Positions 9,087-18,174 of a stretch of 64,000 nucleotides of DNA are shown in pieces; the first letter of the stretch is position 1, and every line of letters begins with the position of its first letter. Origin of the DNA: Planctomycetota bacterium (GTDB taxonomy: Bacteria > Planctomycetota > Planctomycetia > Pirellulales > Lacipirellulaceae); the NCBI GenBank assembly GCA_039190745.1, contig JBCCXZ010000010.1, forward strand, positions 15,161 through 79,160. Direction: 5' to 3'. The notes beneath the pieces are model-generated. The model was given only the letters and a program-made list of their open reading frames with translations. It was not told where the DNA came from and ran no database searches. A program made the position numbers and the translations under genes.

Positions 9087-10394
9087 ATGCCTCCGTCTTC
9101 CGATTCCCCCCGCCGTGTTGCGATTACCGGCATCGGCGTCGTCTCGCCGATCGGCTCGTCGCTCGATGCGCTGCGCGAGGCGCTGTGGGCGGGCCAGAGC
9201 GGCGTGAAGCCGCTGGAGTGGATGGCCGAGCTGCCCGAGCGGGTCCACTACGGCGGCGAGGCTTGGGGCTTCGCCGGCAAGATCGACGACTTTGGCGATC
9301 TGCCGAAAGAGCGCAAGAAGTACATCCGCAAGGCCATCAAGCTAATGTGCCGCGAGACGGTGATGGGTTTGGCCGCGGTCGAGCACGCGATCCAGAATGC
9401 CGGCGGCGACGAAGCCCTGGGCGACCCCGAGCGGTTCGGCGTGGCCTTCGGCAGCGACTACATGCTGACGATGCCCGAGGAGTTTGAAGACAGCATGGCG
9501 AAGTGCCGCGAGAGCGGCGACTTCCGGTACGACGACTGGGGCTCGGCGGGGCTGGCGGAGATGAACCCGCTATGGATGCTGAAGTACCTGCCGAACATGC
9601 CGGCCAGCCATGTGGCGATCACCTACGACCTGCGAGGGCCGAACAATTCGCTCACGCTGCGTGAGGCGTCGGGCGTAGCGGCCGTGCGCGAGGCGGCCCA
9701 GACCATCGCCCGCGGCCACGCCGACCGGATGGTGGCCGGAGCCACCGGCACGCGGCTGCACCCATTCAAGACCGTGCACGCGGTGCAGACCGAGCAGCTG
9801 GCCGACCCAACGCTTGAGCCCGCCGAGGCGAGCCGGCCGTTTGATTCGTCCCGCACCGGCATGGTCGTCGGCGAGGGCGCCGGAGCCGTCGTGCTAGAAG
9901 AGCTGGAGTCGGCCCGGGCGCGGGGCGCGACGATCTATGGCGAGGTCATCGGCTCGGGGAGCAGTTCCGTGACCGACCGCGAGCTGCGGGGCAACCCGCG
10001 GCAGGCTTTGGAGAACGCGGCCAAGGCGGCGCTGAGAGACGCCGGCGTCGACGCGGTGGGCCACGTCAATGCGAACGGCCTGGCGACCCCCGATGCGGAT
10101 CTGCAGGAAGCGAAGGCCATCGCCGCGTCGACGGGCCGGGAAGATACGCCGGTCGTGGCGCCAAAAAGTCGATTCGGCAACCTTGGCGCCGCCAGTGGCG
10201 TGGTGGAATTAGCCTGCAGCCTGCTGGCCCTGGAGAAGGGTTCGCTCTTCCCCGCAATCAACTGTCCGACGCCTGACCCTGAGTGCCCGGTGGACGCGAG
10301 CCCCGCCGAGGGGAGCGATGCGGGGGGCTCCTTCTTAAAGCTCAGCGTGACGCCGCAGGGCCAGGCCGCGGCGGTGGTCGTGCGAGCCGTCTGA
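9087..10394 (+). CDS. FabF-like ketosynthase homolog lacking the catalytic triad
   Basis: RRVAITGIGVVSPIG, LPNMPASH, ASRPFD, GEGAGAVVLEE; Cys->Glu (LREAS), His->Asn (VNANG), His->Asn (FGNLG). Confidence 0.9.
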   Translation: MPPSSDSPRRVAITGIGVVSPIGSSLDALREALWAGQSGVKPLEWMAELPERVHYGGEAWGFAGKIDDFGDLPKERKKYIRKAIKLMCRETVMGLAAVEHAIQNAGGDEALGDPERFGVAFGSDYMLTMPEEFEDSMAKCRESGDFRYDDWGSAGLAEMNPLWMLKYLPNMPASHVAITYDLRGPNNSLTLREASGVAAVREAAQTIARGHADRMVAGATGTRLHPFKTVHAVQTEQLADPTLEPAEASRPFDSSRTGMVVGEGAGAVVLEELESARARGATIYGEVIGSGSSSVTDRELRGNPRQALENAAKAALRDAGVDAVGHVNANGLATPDADLQEAKAIAASTGREDTPVVAPKSRFGNLGAASGVVELACSLLALEKGSLFPAINCPTPDPECPVDASPAEGSDAGGSFLKLSVTPQGQAAAVVVRAV

Positions 10395-10479
10395 TTGCTG
10401 ACCAGTCTTGCGTGGCTGTTGGCCAGGCTTTGCCGGCTCTCCAAAGCCCTACGCGACGCTTGTTCGCCCTGTGTGGTAC

Positions 10480-10508
10480 TTGACACTCCCCCGTTAGAGT
10501 CCTAGGCT
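10480..10508 (+). promoter_or_regulatory. Putative sigma70 promoter of nusA-infB-rbfA
   Basis: Consensus TTGACA-N17-TAGGCT about 170 nt upstream of nusA. Confidence 0.65.
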
Positions 10509-10679
10509 GATGGATTCCCCGGAGGTGCTTAAGGCCTTACGGGGCAAGGGTTTTCTGGCGTGCGACTGAAGAGCGGCCGAGGGCAGCAGCTCACGGTTCG
10601 CTCTCCTTGCGCTTGGGCCCCATACAACTCGAACAACCTGGTATGCCCGGCGGCGGGCGTAAACGCCGCGGAGACCTAC

Positions 10680-12089
10680 ATGAACGCCACCGAAGTGCTG
10701 CGGATCGTTGATGCCATCCACCGCGATAAAAACATCGACAAGGAGATCGTCTTCGAAGGGATCGAAGCCGCGCTCGTGTCGGCGACCAAGCGGCACTACG
10801 GCGAAGAGGAAGAGGTCGAGATCAGCATCGACCGCGACAGCGGCGAGATCAGCGGCACCCTGAACGGGGAGCCGCTCGATTCGGAAGAAACGGTCGGCCG
10901 CATCGGGGCCCAGACCGCCAAGCAGGTGATGATCCAGAAGATCCGCGAGGCGGAGCGGGACGCCCTGTACGACGAGTACACCGAGCTGAGCGGCCAGATG
11001 GTCAGCGGCGTGATCCAGCGCTACGAAGGCGGCGCCGCAACGGTAACGCTCACCAACGTCGAGGCGATCCTGCCCCGCAGCGAGCAGATCCCCGGCGAGA
11101 CGCACCACGTGAACGAGCGCGTGCGGACCACCGTGTTCGAGGTCCGCAAGTCGGGCAGCCGGGTGAAGGTGATCCTCAGCCGCGCGCGGCCGCAGCTGGT
11201 GCAGCGGCTGTTCGAGCAGGAGATCCCCGAGATCATCGACGGCGTGATCGAGATCCGGGCGATGGCCCGCGAGCCGGGCTACCGCTCGAAGGTGGCGGTG
11301 ATTAGCAGCGACCAGCGGGTCGACTGCGTGGGCGCCTGCGTCGGCGTGCGGGGCAACCGGATCAAGAACATCGTCGACGAACTCGGCGGCGAGCGGATCG
11401 ACATCGTCCGTTGGGACGAAGACCTGGAGGTGTTGATCCCCAACGCCCTGCAACCGGCCGAGGTTGAGCAGGTGATCCTCTGCAAGATGCTGGGCCGGGC
11501 GATCGTGCTGGTGCGGGAAGACCAGTTGTCTCTGGCGATCGGCCGCCGGGGGCAGAACGTCCGCTTGGCGAGCAAGCTCTCGGGGTGGGACATCGAGATC
11601 ATGACCCAGGAAGAGCTGGCCGAGTCGATCGACCGGGCGGTGACGGGCTTCGGCGAGCTGGAAGGGCTGGAGATCGAAGTCGCGGAGAAGTTGGTCGAGG
11701 AGGGCTTCCTGAGCTACGATGACCTCTCGGTGATCGAGCCGGACGCGCTCATGGCGATGGGCAACCTGGACGAAGAGACGGTCGACAAGATTGTCGAGCA
11801 AGCCGAGAAGCTGGCCGAAGAGGCCGAGGCCGCCGCGGCCGAGGCACGCCGAGAAAAGCGAGAACGGGAGCGTTTGGCTGCGGAGGCGGAAGCCGCTCGT
11901 GAGGCCGCTGGCGAGGCGGCTGAGGGAGACGCCCCCGCTGAGGCAGGGACGTCCGATGAGGGAGACTCGCCCGCAGAAGCAGTCGGCGAAGTTGAAGAGC
12001 CGCCTGCCGCGGAAGCTCCCGCCGAGCCGGCTCCAGAACCCGCCTTGGAGGGCGAGGCCGCCGTTGAAGAAAAGAGCCCGGAGGCTTAG
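10680..12089 (+). CDS. nusA: Transcription termination/antitermination factor NusA
   Basis: [49 protein letters not shown] 10680 preferred over track start; acidic Ala/Glu tail. Confidence 0.97.
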   Translation: MNATEVLRIVDAIHRDKNIDKEIVFEGIEAALVSATKRHYGEEEEVEISIDRDSGEISGTLNGEPLDSEETVGRIGAQTAKQVMIQKIREAERDALYDEYTELSGQMVSGVIQRYEGGAATVTLTNVEAILPRSEQIPGETHHVNERVRTTVFEVRKSGSRVKVILSRARPQLVQRLFEQEIPEIIDGVIEIRAMAREPGYRSKVAVISSDQRVDCVGACVGVRGNRIKNIVDELGGERIDIVRWDEDLEVLIPNALQPAEVEQVILCKMLGRAIVLVREDQLSLAIGRRGQNVRLASKLSGWDIEIMTQEELAESIDRAVTGFGELEGLEIEVAEKLVEEGFLSYDDLSVIEPDALMAMGNLDEETVDKIVEQAEKLAEEAEAAAAEARREKRERERLAAEAEAAREAAGEAAEGDAPAEAGTSDEGDSPAEAVGEVEEPPAAEAPAEPAPEPALEGEAAVEEKSPEA

Positions 12090-12236
12090 GCCGGCGGGCA
12101 GTGAGTTGTTCCGGGGCGCGAGCCGCCCCGTGGTTGAGTCACGTGTGTTGTTGGAGGACGCCGTCCATGGTTTCCTGACACAGGCATTGAACGCCGGGGC
12201 AAAGCCCGTGGGCCGCCCCGGCCCGGAGAGGTCATT

Positions 12237-15050
12237 TTGGCGCTTCGTATTTACGCACTCGCGAAAGAACTCAAGATCGACAGCAAAGAGCTGGTCGATA
12301 TCTGCACGCAGATCGGTATCCGCGGCAAAGGCTCTGCGCTGGCGAGCCTCAGCGACGAAGAGGCCGCGAAGCTGAAAGAACACTTGCAGGGCGGAGGCGG
12401 CGTGGCCACCGAAGCGCCGCCGAGCAAGCAGCAAGCCCCCGCGCCGGTCCGCCCGAAAGAACCGTCGCGGAGCGGCAAGATGAAGGTGTTGCCGACCACC
12501 GCGTCGACAGACGCCCTCACCAACCTGCGCAAGAGCCGGGCGAAGGACGAACCCGAGACGCAGCCCGCCGAGGAAGCGCCGGCCGGAACGCCCAGCGACG
12601 AGGCTGCGGAACAGACTGGGTCCGAATCTGCCGCCGCAAGCGAAGCAGCAGAAGCCCCAGCGACAGAAGCGGCCGAGGCGTCGGACGCTTCCAAGACGCT
12701 GCAGCACGCGGACCCCAGCGAAGCAACCCCCAGAGGTCAGGGCCCGCTAGCGGGCGTAATGCGGCGGGACGACTACGTCGGGCCGGGACGGGTAGGCGGA
12801 AAGCCCCCCGCGCTGGGTGATCAAAAGGGCGGCAAGGGCGGCAAAGGCGGTGCGGCCGGCGCGGGCCGCGGCCGACCGGCGATCAAGCTGGCCCCTATTC
12901 CAAGCGGCGAGGCGCCCCCGCCCCCCCCGAAGCCGACCGGGGCCGATCCCCCCGCCCAGAAGCCGGACATGAAGCTCCCGGCCGACGCCCTCAAGGCCGG
13001 CAAGAGTGGGAGCAAGCCGCTGGCGGCGCACCTGCGGAAGCACGAAGACGCACTCGAGGACGCCAAGAAGCAGAAAGAGGACGAGGGCGGACGGCGAGGG
13101 CGCAAAGGCAAGGACAAAGGCGGGAAGAGCGAAGAAACGCCGATGCTCGGCGGTCGCGAGCAACGGCAGCTCAACCGCAAGCGGACCCCCGGCCGCAGCG
13201 GCGGGCGGATGCCCTTCCGCCAGAGCCGCCGCCCGAGACGCAAGGGCGTTAGCACCGCGGCGCCGCGTAAGGACAGGATCACCGTCCAGTTGCCCTGCAC
13301 GGTGCGGGAATTGTCGGAGGCGGCCGGCGTGCCGGCGACCGACATCCTGCGGATCCTGATGTCCGAGGGCGTGATGACCACCATCACCGCGGCGATGGAC
13401 CCGGAGATGACCGAGTTCGTCGCGGCAGAGCTGGGCGTCGACGTTGAGTTCAAGCAGCCCGAGACGATTGAGGACCGGCTGCTCACGCAGCTCGAAGAGC
13501 TGGAAGACCCCGAAGACCAACTCGCCGACCGGCCGCCGGTCATCACGTTCCTGGGGCACGTCGACCACGGGAAGACGTCGCTGTTGGACAGCATTATCGG
13601 CATCAACGTGGTCAGCGGCGAGAGCGGCGGCATCACGCAGCACATCCGGGCGTACACGATCGACAAGGACAACAAGCAGATTTCGTTTGTCGACACGCCG
13701 GGCCACGAAGCGTTCACGGAGATGCGGGCCCGCGGGGCGAACGTCACCGACATCGCGGTGCTGGTCGTGGCGGCCGACGACGGCGTGATGCCGCAGACCG
13801 AAGAAGCGATCAGCCACGCCCAGGCGGCGGAGGTGCCGATCGTTGTCGCGCTCAACAAGAGCGACCTGCCGGGCGTCGACCCGATGAAGGCCCTCCAGCA
13901 GCTCTCGCAGAACGGCCTGCAGCCGAGCGAGTGGGGCGGCGACATCGAGGTCGTGAAGACCAGCGCCATCACCGGCGACGGCATCGACGACCTGCTCGAC
14001 ACGGTACTGACCGTGGCCGAGCTGCACGAGTACAAGGCCAACCCCGAACGCAGCGCGATCGGCACGTGCCTCGAAGCCCAGCAAGAAGCCGACCGCGGCG
14101 TGGTCTCGAAGCTGATCGTGCAGAAGGGCACACTGAAGGTGGGCGACGTCGTGGTGTGCGGCGACGCCTTCGGCCGCGTGAAGGCGATGTACGACACGCT
14201 CAAGCCCAGCGTCCGGCTGGAAGAGGCCGGCCCCAGCACGCCGGTGAACGTCACCGGCTTCGACTCGGCCCCGGGCGCGGGCGAGCGGTTCTACGTGCTT
14301 GACGACATCGCCGACGCCCGCGAGATCGCCGAGTCCCGCGCCGACGACGCGCGGGCGGCGTCGCTGGGCGGGGTGGTCTCGCACGTCACGCTGGAAAACC
14401 TGTTCGACCGGCTCGACGGCGCCGACGAGGTGCAGACGCTCAACATCATCTTGCGTGCGGATGTCCGCGGGTCGATCGAGGCGATCGAGAAGGAACTGCT
14501 GAAGCTGGAACACCCCGAGGTGAAGATCAAGCTCCTGCAGGCCACGGTCGGCGGGGTCACCGAGGCCGACGTCACGCTGGCGGACGCCTCGGACGCGATC
14601 ATCATCGGCTTCAACGTCGTGCCGGACGAGAAGGCGCGCGTGCTGGCCGAACAGAAGGGCGTGCAGGTTCGGCGGTACGAGGTGATCTACAAGATCACCG
14701 AAGACCTGAAGGCCGCGTTGGAGGGCATGCTGAAACCCGAGGAGCGGGAGGTCGACCTCGGGCGTGCGTTGGTGCAACAGGTCTTCAAGATCAGCCGCGT
14801 CGGCACGGTCGCGGGCTGCCGGGTGCTCTCGGGCACGGTCGAGCGCAACGCCCGTGCCCGGGTGATCCGCGACAGCACGATTATTGGCGACTACGTGCTC
14901 GACACGCTCCGCCGCGAGAAGGACGACGCGAAAGAAGTGCGTGAGGGTTTTGAGTGCGGTATGAAGCTGTCCGGGTTTAACGACGTGAAGGAAGGCGACA
15001 TCTTTGAGGTCTACCGGGTGGACGAGGTCGGCCGGAGCTTCGACGACTAA
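12237..15050 (+). CDS. infB: Translation initiation factor IF-2
   Basis: RIYALAKEL N-terminus, GHVDHGKT, DTPGHEAF, NKSD, GFECG; TTG start. Confidence 0.98.
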   Translation: MALRIYALAKELKIDSKELVDICTQIGIRGKGSALASLSDEEAAKLKEHLQGGGGVATEAPPSKQQAPAPVRPKEPSRSGKMKVLPTTASTDALTNLRKSRAKDEPETQPAEEAPAGTPSDEAAEQTGSESAAASEAAEAPATEAAEASDASKTLQHADPSEATPRGQGPLAGVMRRDDYVGPGRVGGKPPALGDQKGGKGGKGGAAGAGRGRPAIKLAPIPSGEAPPPPPKPTGADPPAQKPDMKLPADALKAGKSGSKPLAAHLRKHEDALEDAKKQKEDEGGRRGRKGKDKGGKSEETPMLGGREQRQLNRKRTPGRSGGRMPFRQSRRPRRKGVSTAAPRKDRITVQLPCTVRELSEAAGVPATDILRILMSEGVMTTITAAMDPEMTEFVAAELGVDVEFKQPETIEDRLLTQLEELEDPEDQLADRPPVITFLGHVDHGKTSLLDSIIGINVVSGESGGITQHIRAYTIDKDNKQISFVDTPGHEAFTEMRARGANVTDIAVLVVAADDGVMPQTEEAISHAQAAEVPIVVALNKSDLPGVDPMKALQQLSQNGLQPSEWGGDIEVVKTSAITGDGIDDLLDTVLTVAELHEYKANPERSAIGTCLEAQQEADRGVVSKLIVQKGTLKVGDVVVCGDAFGRVKAMYDTLKPSVRLEEAGPSTPVNVTGFDSAPGAGERFYVLDDIADAREIAESRADDARAASLGGVVSHVTLENLFDRLDGADEVQTLNIILRADVRGSIEAIEKELLKLEHPEVKIKLLQATVGGVTEADVTLADASDAIIIGFNVVPDEKARVLAEQKGVQVRRYEVIYKITEDLKAALEGMLKPEEREVDLGRALVQQVFKISRVGTVAGCRVLSGTVERNARARVIRDSTIIGDYVLDTLRREKDDAKEVREGFECGMKLSGFNDVKEGDIFEVYRVDEVGRSFDD

Positions 15051-15128
15051 CCTCTCTACCCCGCCTCTCGGTCCCTGCTCCGCCCCACCGAACCCCGATC
15101 CCGTGCCGGCCGCGGCGAATAAACAGCG

Positions 15129-15542
15129 ATGAGTTCAAGACGCGTACAGAAGGCCGAGGCGGCCATCCGCGAGGTGGTCAGCATGGCCATCCTGGCCGAC
15201 CTGAAAGACCCTCGGATCGACGGCGTGACGGTGACGTACGTTGAAGTGTCGCCCGATATGCGCCTGGCGAAGGTGCACGTCTCGGTGATGGGCGACGAGA
15301 CCGCCCAGAACCTCTGCCTGCACGGCCTGCAGAGTTCGGCGGGCTACCTGCAGCAGAAGGTGGCCAAGCGGATCGACACCCGCTACACGCCGAAAATCCG
15401 TTTCGAGCTCGACCAGGGCGTGAAGCAATCGATCGCGATCGCCAAGCTCCTGACCGACGTGCTGCCCGAAGATGAACCGGGCGGCGGGCCGACGTCCGGC
15501 GGCGACGGCAACGACAGCGTAGACCACGACGACGAAGTGTAA
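15129..15542 (+). CDS. rbfA: Ribosome-binding factor A
   Basis: KDPRI...VEVSPDMRLAKVHVS...RYTPKIRFELD directly after infB. Confidence 0.95.
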   Translation: MSSRRVQKAEAAIREVVSMAILADLKDPRIDGVTVTYVEVSPDMRLAKVHVSVMGDETAQNLCLHGLQSSAGYLQQKVAKRIDTRYTPKIRFELDQGVKQSIAIAKLLTDVLPEDEPGGGPTSGGDGNDSVDHDDEV

Positions 15543-15613
15543 TCCATGCGTTCCGGACGGCCCCCGGGCCGACGCCGACCGCAAACCGTAAACCGCTCCT
15601 GAACACGACAACG

Positions 15614-16588
15614 ATGGCAACCAACAACCGAGCCGCTCTGATCAATCGCGTCGTCAAAGTCGCGAAAAAGCACTTCAAGCCCGCTGCGCCCGAGAGCGGC
15701 CGGACGGTCTTCGACCACTTGGTGTTCGCGTGCCTGCTGGAGGATTCCCTGCAGGAGCCCGCGGAGCAGGTGTTCCAGAAGTTGCGTGCGGACTACTTCG
15801 ACTGGAACGAGGTCCGCGTGAGCTCGATCCGCGAGCTGACCGACGTCTGCAAACCGCTGAACGACCCGCAAGAGGCGGCGACCCGCTTGCGCCGCGTGCT
15901 GCAGAGCGTGTTCGAGAGCCAGTACTCGTTCGACCTCGAAGCGACCAAGAAGCAGAACATCGGCCAGGCGGTCAAAGACCTGCACAAGCACAAGGGAACC
16001 ACCAACTTCACGGTGTCTTACGTGGTGCAGAACGGGCTGGGGGGCCATTCGATTGCCGTAAACGACGGCCTGCTCGAGTCGCTGCGGATCGTCTCGGTGG
16101 TCTCCGACGCCGAGGCGGCCAAGCGGACCGTACCGGGGCTGGAGCGGACCGTGCCGAAGAACAAGGGCGTCGAGGTCGGGTCGCTGCTGCACCAGATCGG
16201 CGTGGAGATGGCCCGCAGCCCGTTCGGCCCGACGATCCGCAAGCTGCTGCTTGAGATCGATCCCAAGTGCAAAGACCGGCTGCCGAAGCGGGCCCCCAAG
16301 AAGGCGCCCGAGCCGGAAAAGAAACCCAAGGCGACGAAGAAGCCGGCTAAGCCCGCGGAGAAGAAACCCGCCGAGAAGAAGGCGGCGGAAAAGAAGCCCG
16401 CCAAGAAAGCCGCTAAGCCCGCAGCGAAGAAAGCCGTCAAGACCAAGACCGCGAAGGCGGCGACGCCAAAGAAGAAGGTGAAGAAAAAGGTCAAGAAGAA
16501 AGTGGTCAAGAAGAAGGTCGTGAAGAAGGCCCCGGCCAAGAAAAAGAAGAAGGCCGCGAAGGGCCTCGCGAAGCGCAAACCAAGGTAG
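15614..16588 (+). CDS. HhH-GPD/endonuclease III-like fold with Lys/Ala-rich C-terminal tail
   Basis: DYFDWNEVRVSSIREL, SFDLE, LGGHSIAVND region; about 100-aa KKPAEKK/KKKVKKK tail. Confidence 0.75.
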   Translation: MATNNRAALINRVVKVAKKHFKPAAPESGRTVFDHLVFACLLEDSLQEPAEQVFQKLRADYFDWNEVRVSSIRELTDVCKPLNDPQEAATRLRRVLQSVFESQYSFDLEATKKQNIGQAVKDLHKHKGTTNFTVSYVVQNGLGGHSIAVNDGLLESLRIVSVVSDAEAAKRTVPGLERTVPKNKGVEVGSLLHQIGVEMARSPFGPTIRKLLLEIDPKCKDRLPKRAPKKAPEPEKKPKATKKPAKPAEKKPAEKKAAEKKPAKKAAKPAAKKAVKTKTAKAATPKKKVKKKVKKKVVKKKVVKKAPAKKKKKAAKGLAKRKPR

Positions 16589-16590
16589 GG

Positions 16591-16680
16591 AATCGAAGAT
16601 CTAAGATTGTAGATTGAAGACCCGACGAGTCGTTGGAGCGCTTCTTGTAGATCTGCAATCTGCAATCTTCGATCTTAAAT
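16591..16680. repeat. Inverted pair of heptamer tandem arrays
   Basis: AATCGAA GATCTAA GATTGTA GATTGAA ... GATCTGC AATCTGC AATCTTC GATCTTA AAT. Confidence 0.7.
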
Positions 16681-16732
16681 CCGCCCTACATTCGGCTCTC
16701 AAGACACAAGCACCGCAACCCACGAATCACCC

Positions 16733-17485
16733 ATGGCTGGTCACTCCCACTGGGCCGGGATCAAACACAAGAAGGCCCTGATCGACAACAAGCGGGGCAA
16801 GCTCTGGAGCAAGCTCTCCAAGGCGATCATCATCGCCGCACGCACCGGCGGCGGCGACCCCTCGATGAACCTAAGGCTCCGTTACGCGATCAACGACGCC
16901 AAAGCGGTGAGCATGCCGAAGGACAACATCGAGCGTGCCATCAAGAAAGGCACCGGCGAGCTCGACGGCGGTAACCTCGAAGAAGTGCTCTACGAGGGTC
17001 ACGGGCTGGGCGGCGTGGCGGTGCTGTGCGAGATCCTCACCGACAACCGCAATCGTACGGCCCCGGAAGTGAGGAAGATCTTCGAGATCAACGGCGGCAA
17101 GCTCGGCACCAGCGGCAGCGCGGCGTGGATGTTCGAGCGGAAGGGCGTAGTCACGGTCGCGGCCGACAAGACCACCGAAGACGCCTTGATGGAGCTGGCC
17201 CTCGAGGCCGGCGCCGACGACGTGCGCGAGGAGGGCGAGGGCTTCGAAGTGCTCACCACGCCGGACGCCTTCGCGGGGGTGTGCGACGCGCTCGACGCGG
17301 CCGAGTTGCCGACCGAGAGCCGCGAGATCGCCTGGGTGCCCAACGAGCCGCTCGACCTGGAGGGCGACGACGCCCGCAAGGCAATCAAATTGATGGAAGC
17401 GCTCGACGACCACGACGACGTGCAGAGCGTGGCCGCGAACTTCAACGTGCCCGACGAGGTGATGGCGGAGCTGGACGCGGGGTAG
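16733..17485 (+). CDS. yebC: YebC/PmpR family protein
   Basis: MAGHSHWAGIKHKK, MPKDNIERAIKKG, LTDNRNRT, LDDHDDVQ. Confidence 0.96.
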   Translation: MAGHSHWAGIKHKKALIDNKRGKLWSKLSKAIIIAARTGGGDPSMNLRLRYAINDAKAVSMPKDNIERAIKKGTGELDGGNLEEVLYEGHGLGGVAVLCEILTDNRNRTAPEVRKIFEINGGKLGTSGSAAWMFERKGVVTVAADKTTEDALMELALEAGADDVREEGEGFEVLTTPDAFAGVCDALDAAELPTESREIAWVPNEPLDLEGDDARKAIKLMEALDDHDDVQSVAANFNVPDEVMAELDAG

Positions 17486-17722
17486 TCGACAAGGTTCTTG
17501 AGACGCAAGACAGAGGACCGAGAGTGCCTCACCGCGAACGCTGTCTAGCCTTACTCTTTCCGATATGTTTCCATTTCTGGCGTAGGGGTGCATCCGAGAT
17601 ACGAGGAGCTCTATCGGTATCTCACGGAATAGGGCTATAGATCCACGCACCAATTCGCAGTGTCGGTTACGATAGGTTTCAACGAGTCTGTTCACTCACC
17701 CGTCGACTGAAGTAACCCTCCA

Positions 17723-17920
17723 GTGAGCATCCAAGAACTCGAAGACGCGATCCGCCAACTCTCTCAAGAGGAGTTCGCTCAGCTCGCGCACTGGATCGAC
17801 GAGTACCGGGCGGAGCAGTGGGACCGGGAGATCGAGGCGGACGCCGGATCTGGTCGCCTTGATGAAGCTGCTCAACGGGCGGACGCCGACTTCGATAGCG
17901 GCCGTTGCAAGCCTCTATGA
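17723..17920 (+). CDS. Putative antitoxin (65 aa)
   Basis: MSIQELEDAIRQLS...WDREIEADAGSGRLD; ATGA overlap with downstream toxin-like gene. Confidence 0.75.
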   Translation: MSIQELEDAIRQLSQEEFAQLAHWIDEYRAEQWDREIEADAGSGRLDEAAQRADADFDSGRCKPL

Positions 17921-18174
17921 AGCACTTCGCAACGCCGGAGTTCTGGGAGTGCTACCGCAGACTGCAACCGGAAATTCGGCAATTGGCCGACAAGAACTTC
18001 GAGCTGTTGAGGGCGAAGCCGCAGCACCCTTCGCTGAGACTCAAGAAGGTTGGCCGGTACTGGTCGGCGCGGGTAGGCTTGCGTTACCGCGCGCTGGCAA
18101 TCGATCGGGCCGAGGGCTTGGTCTGGTTCTGGATCGGCGACCACGAGGCGTACGACCAACTCCTCAAGCGATAA
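17917..18174 (+). CDS. ParE/RelE-like toxin
   Basis: MKHFATPEFWECYRRL...HPSLRLKKVGRYWSARVGLRYRALA...WFWIGDHEAYD. Confidence 0.8.
   Translation: MKHFATPEFWECYRRLQPEIRQLADKNFELLRAKPQHPSLRLKKVGRYWSARVGLRYRALAIDRAEGLVWFWIGDHEAYDQLLKR

Noticed and set aside
10494..14777. Long minus-strand ORFs (737 aa, 676 aa) opposite nusA/infB, and similar ones opposite gcvP, fabF and the redoxin gene
   Set aside because: Antisense shadows of high-GC coding genes with no recognisable motifs.
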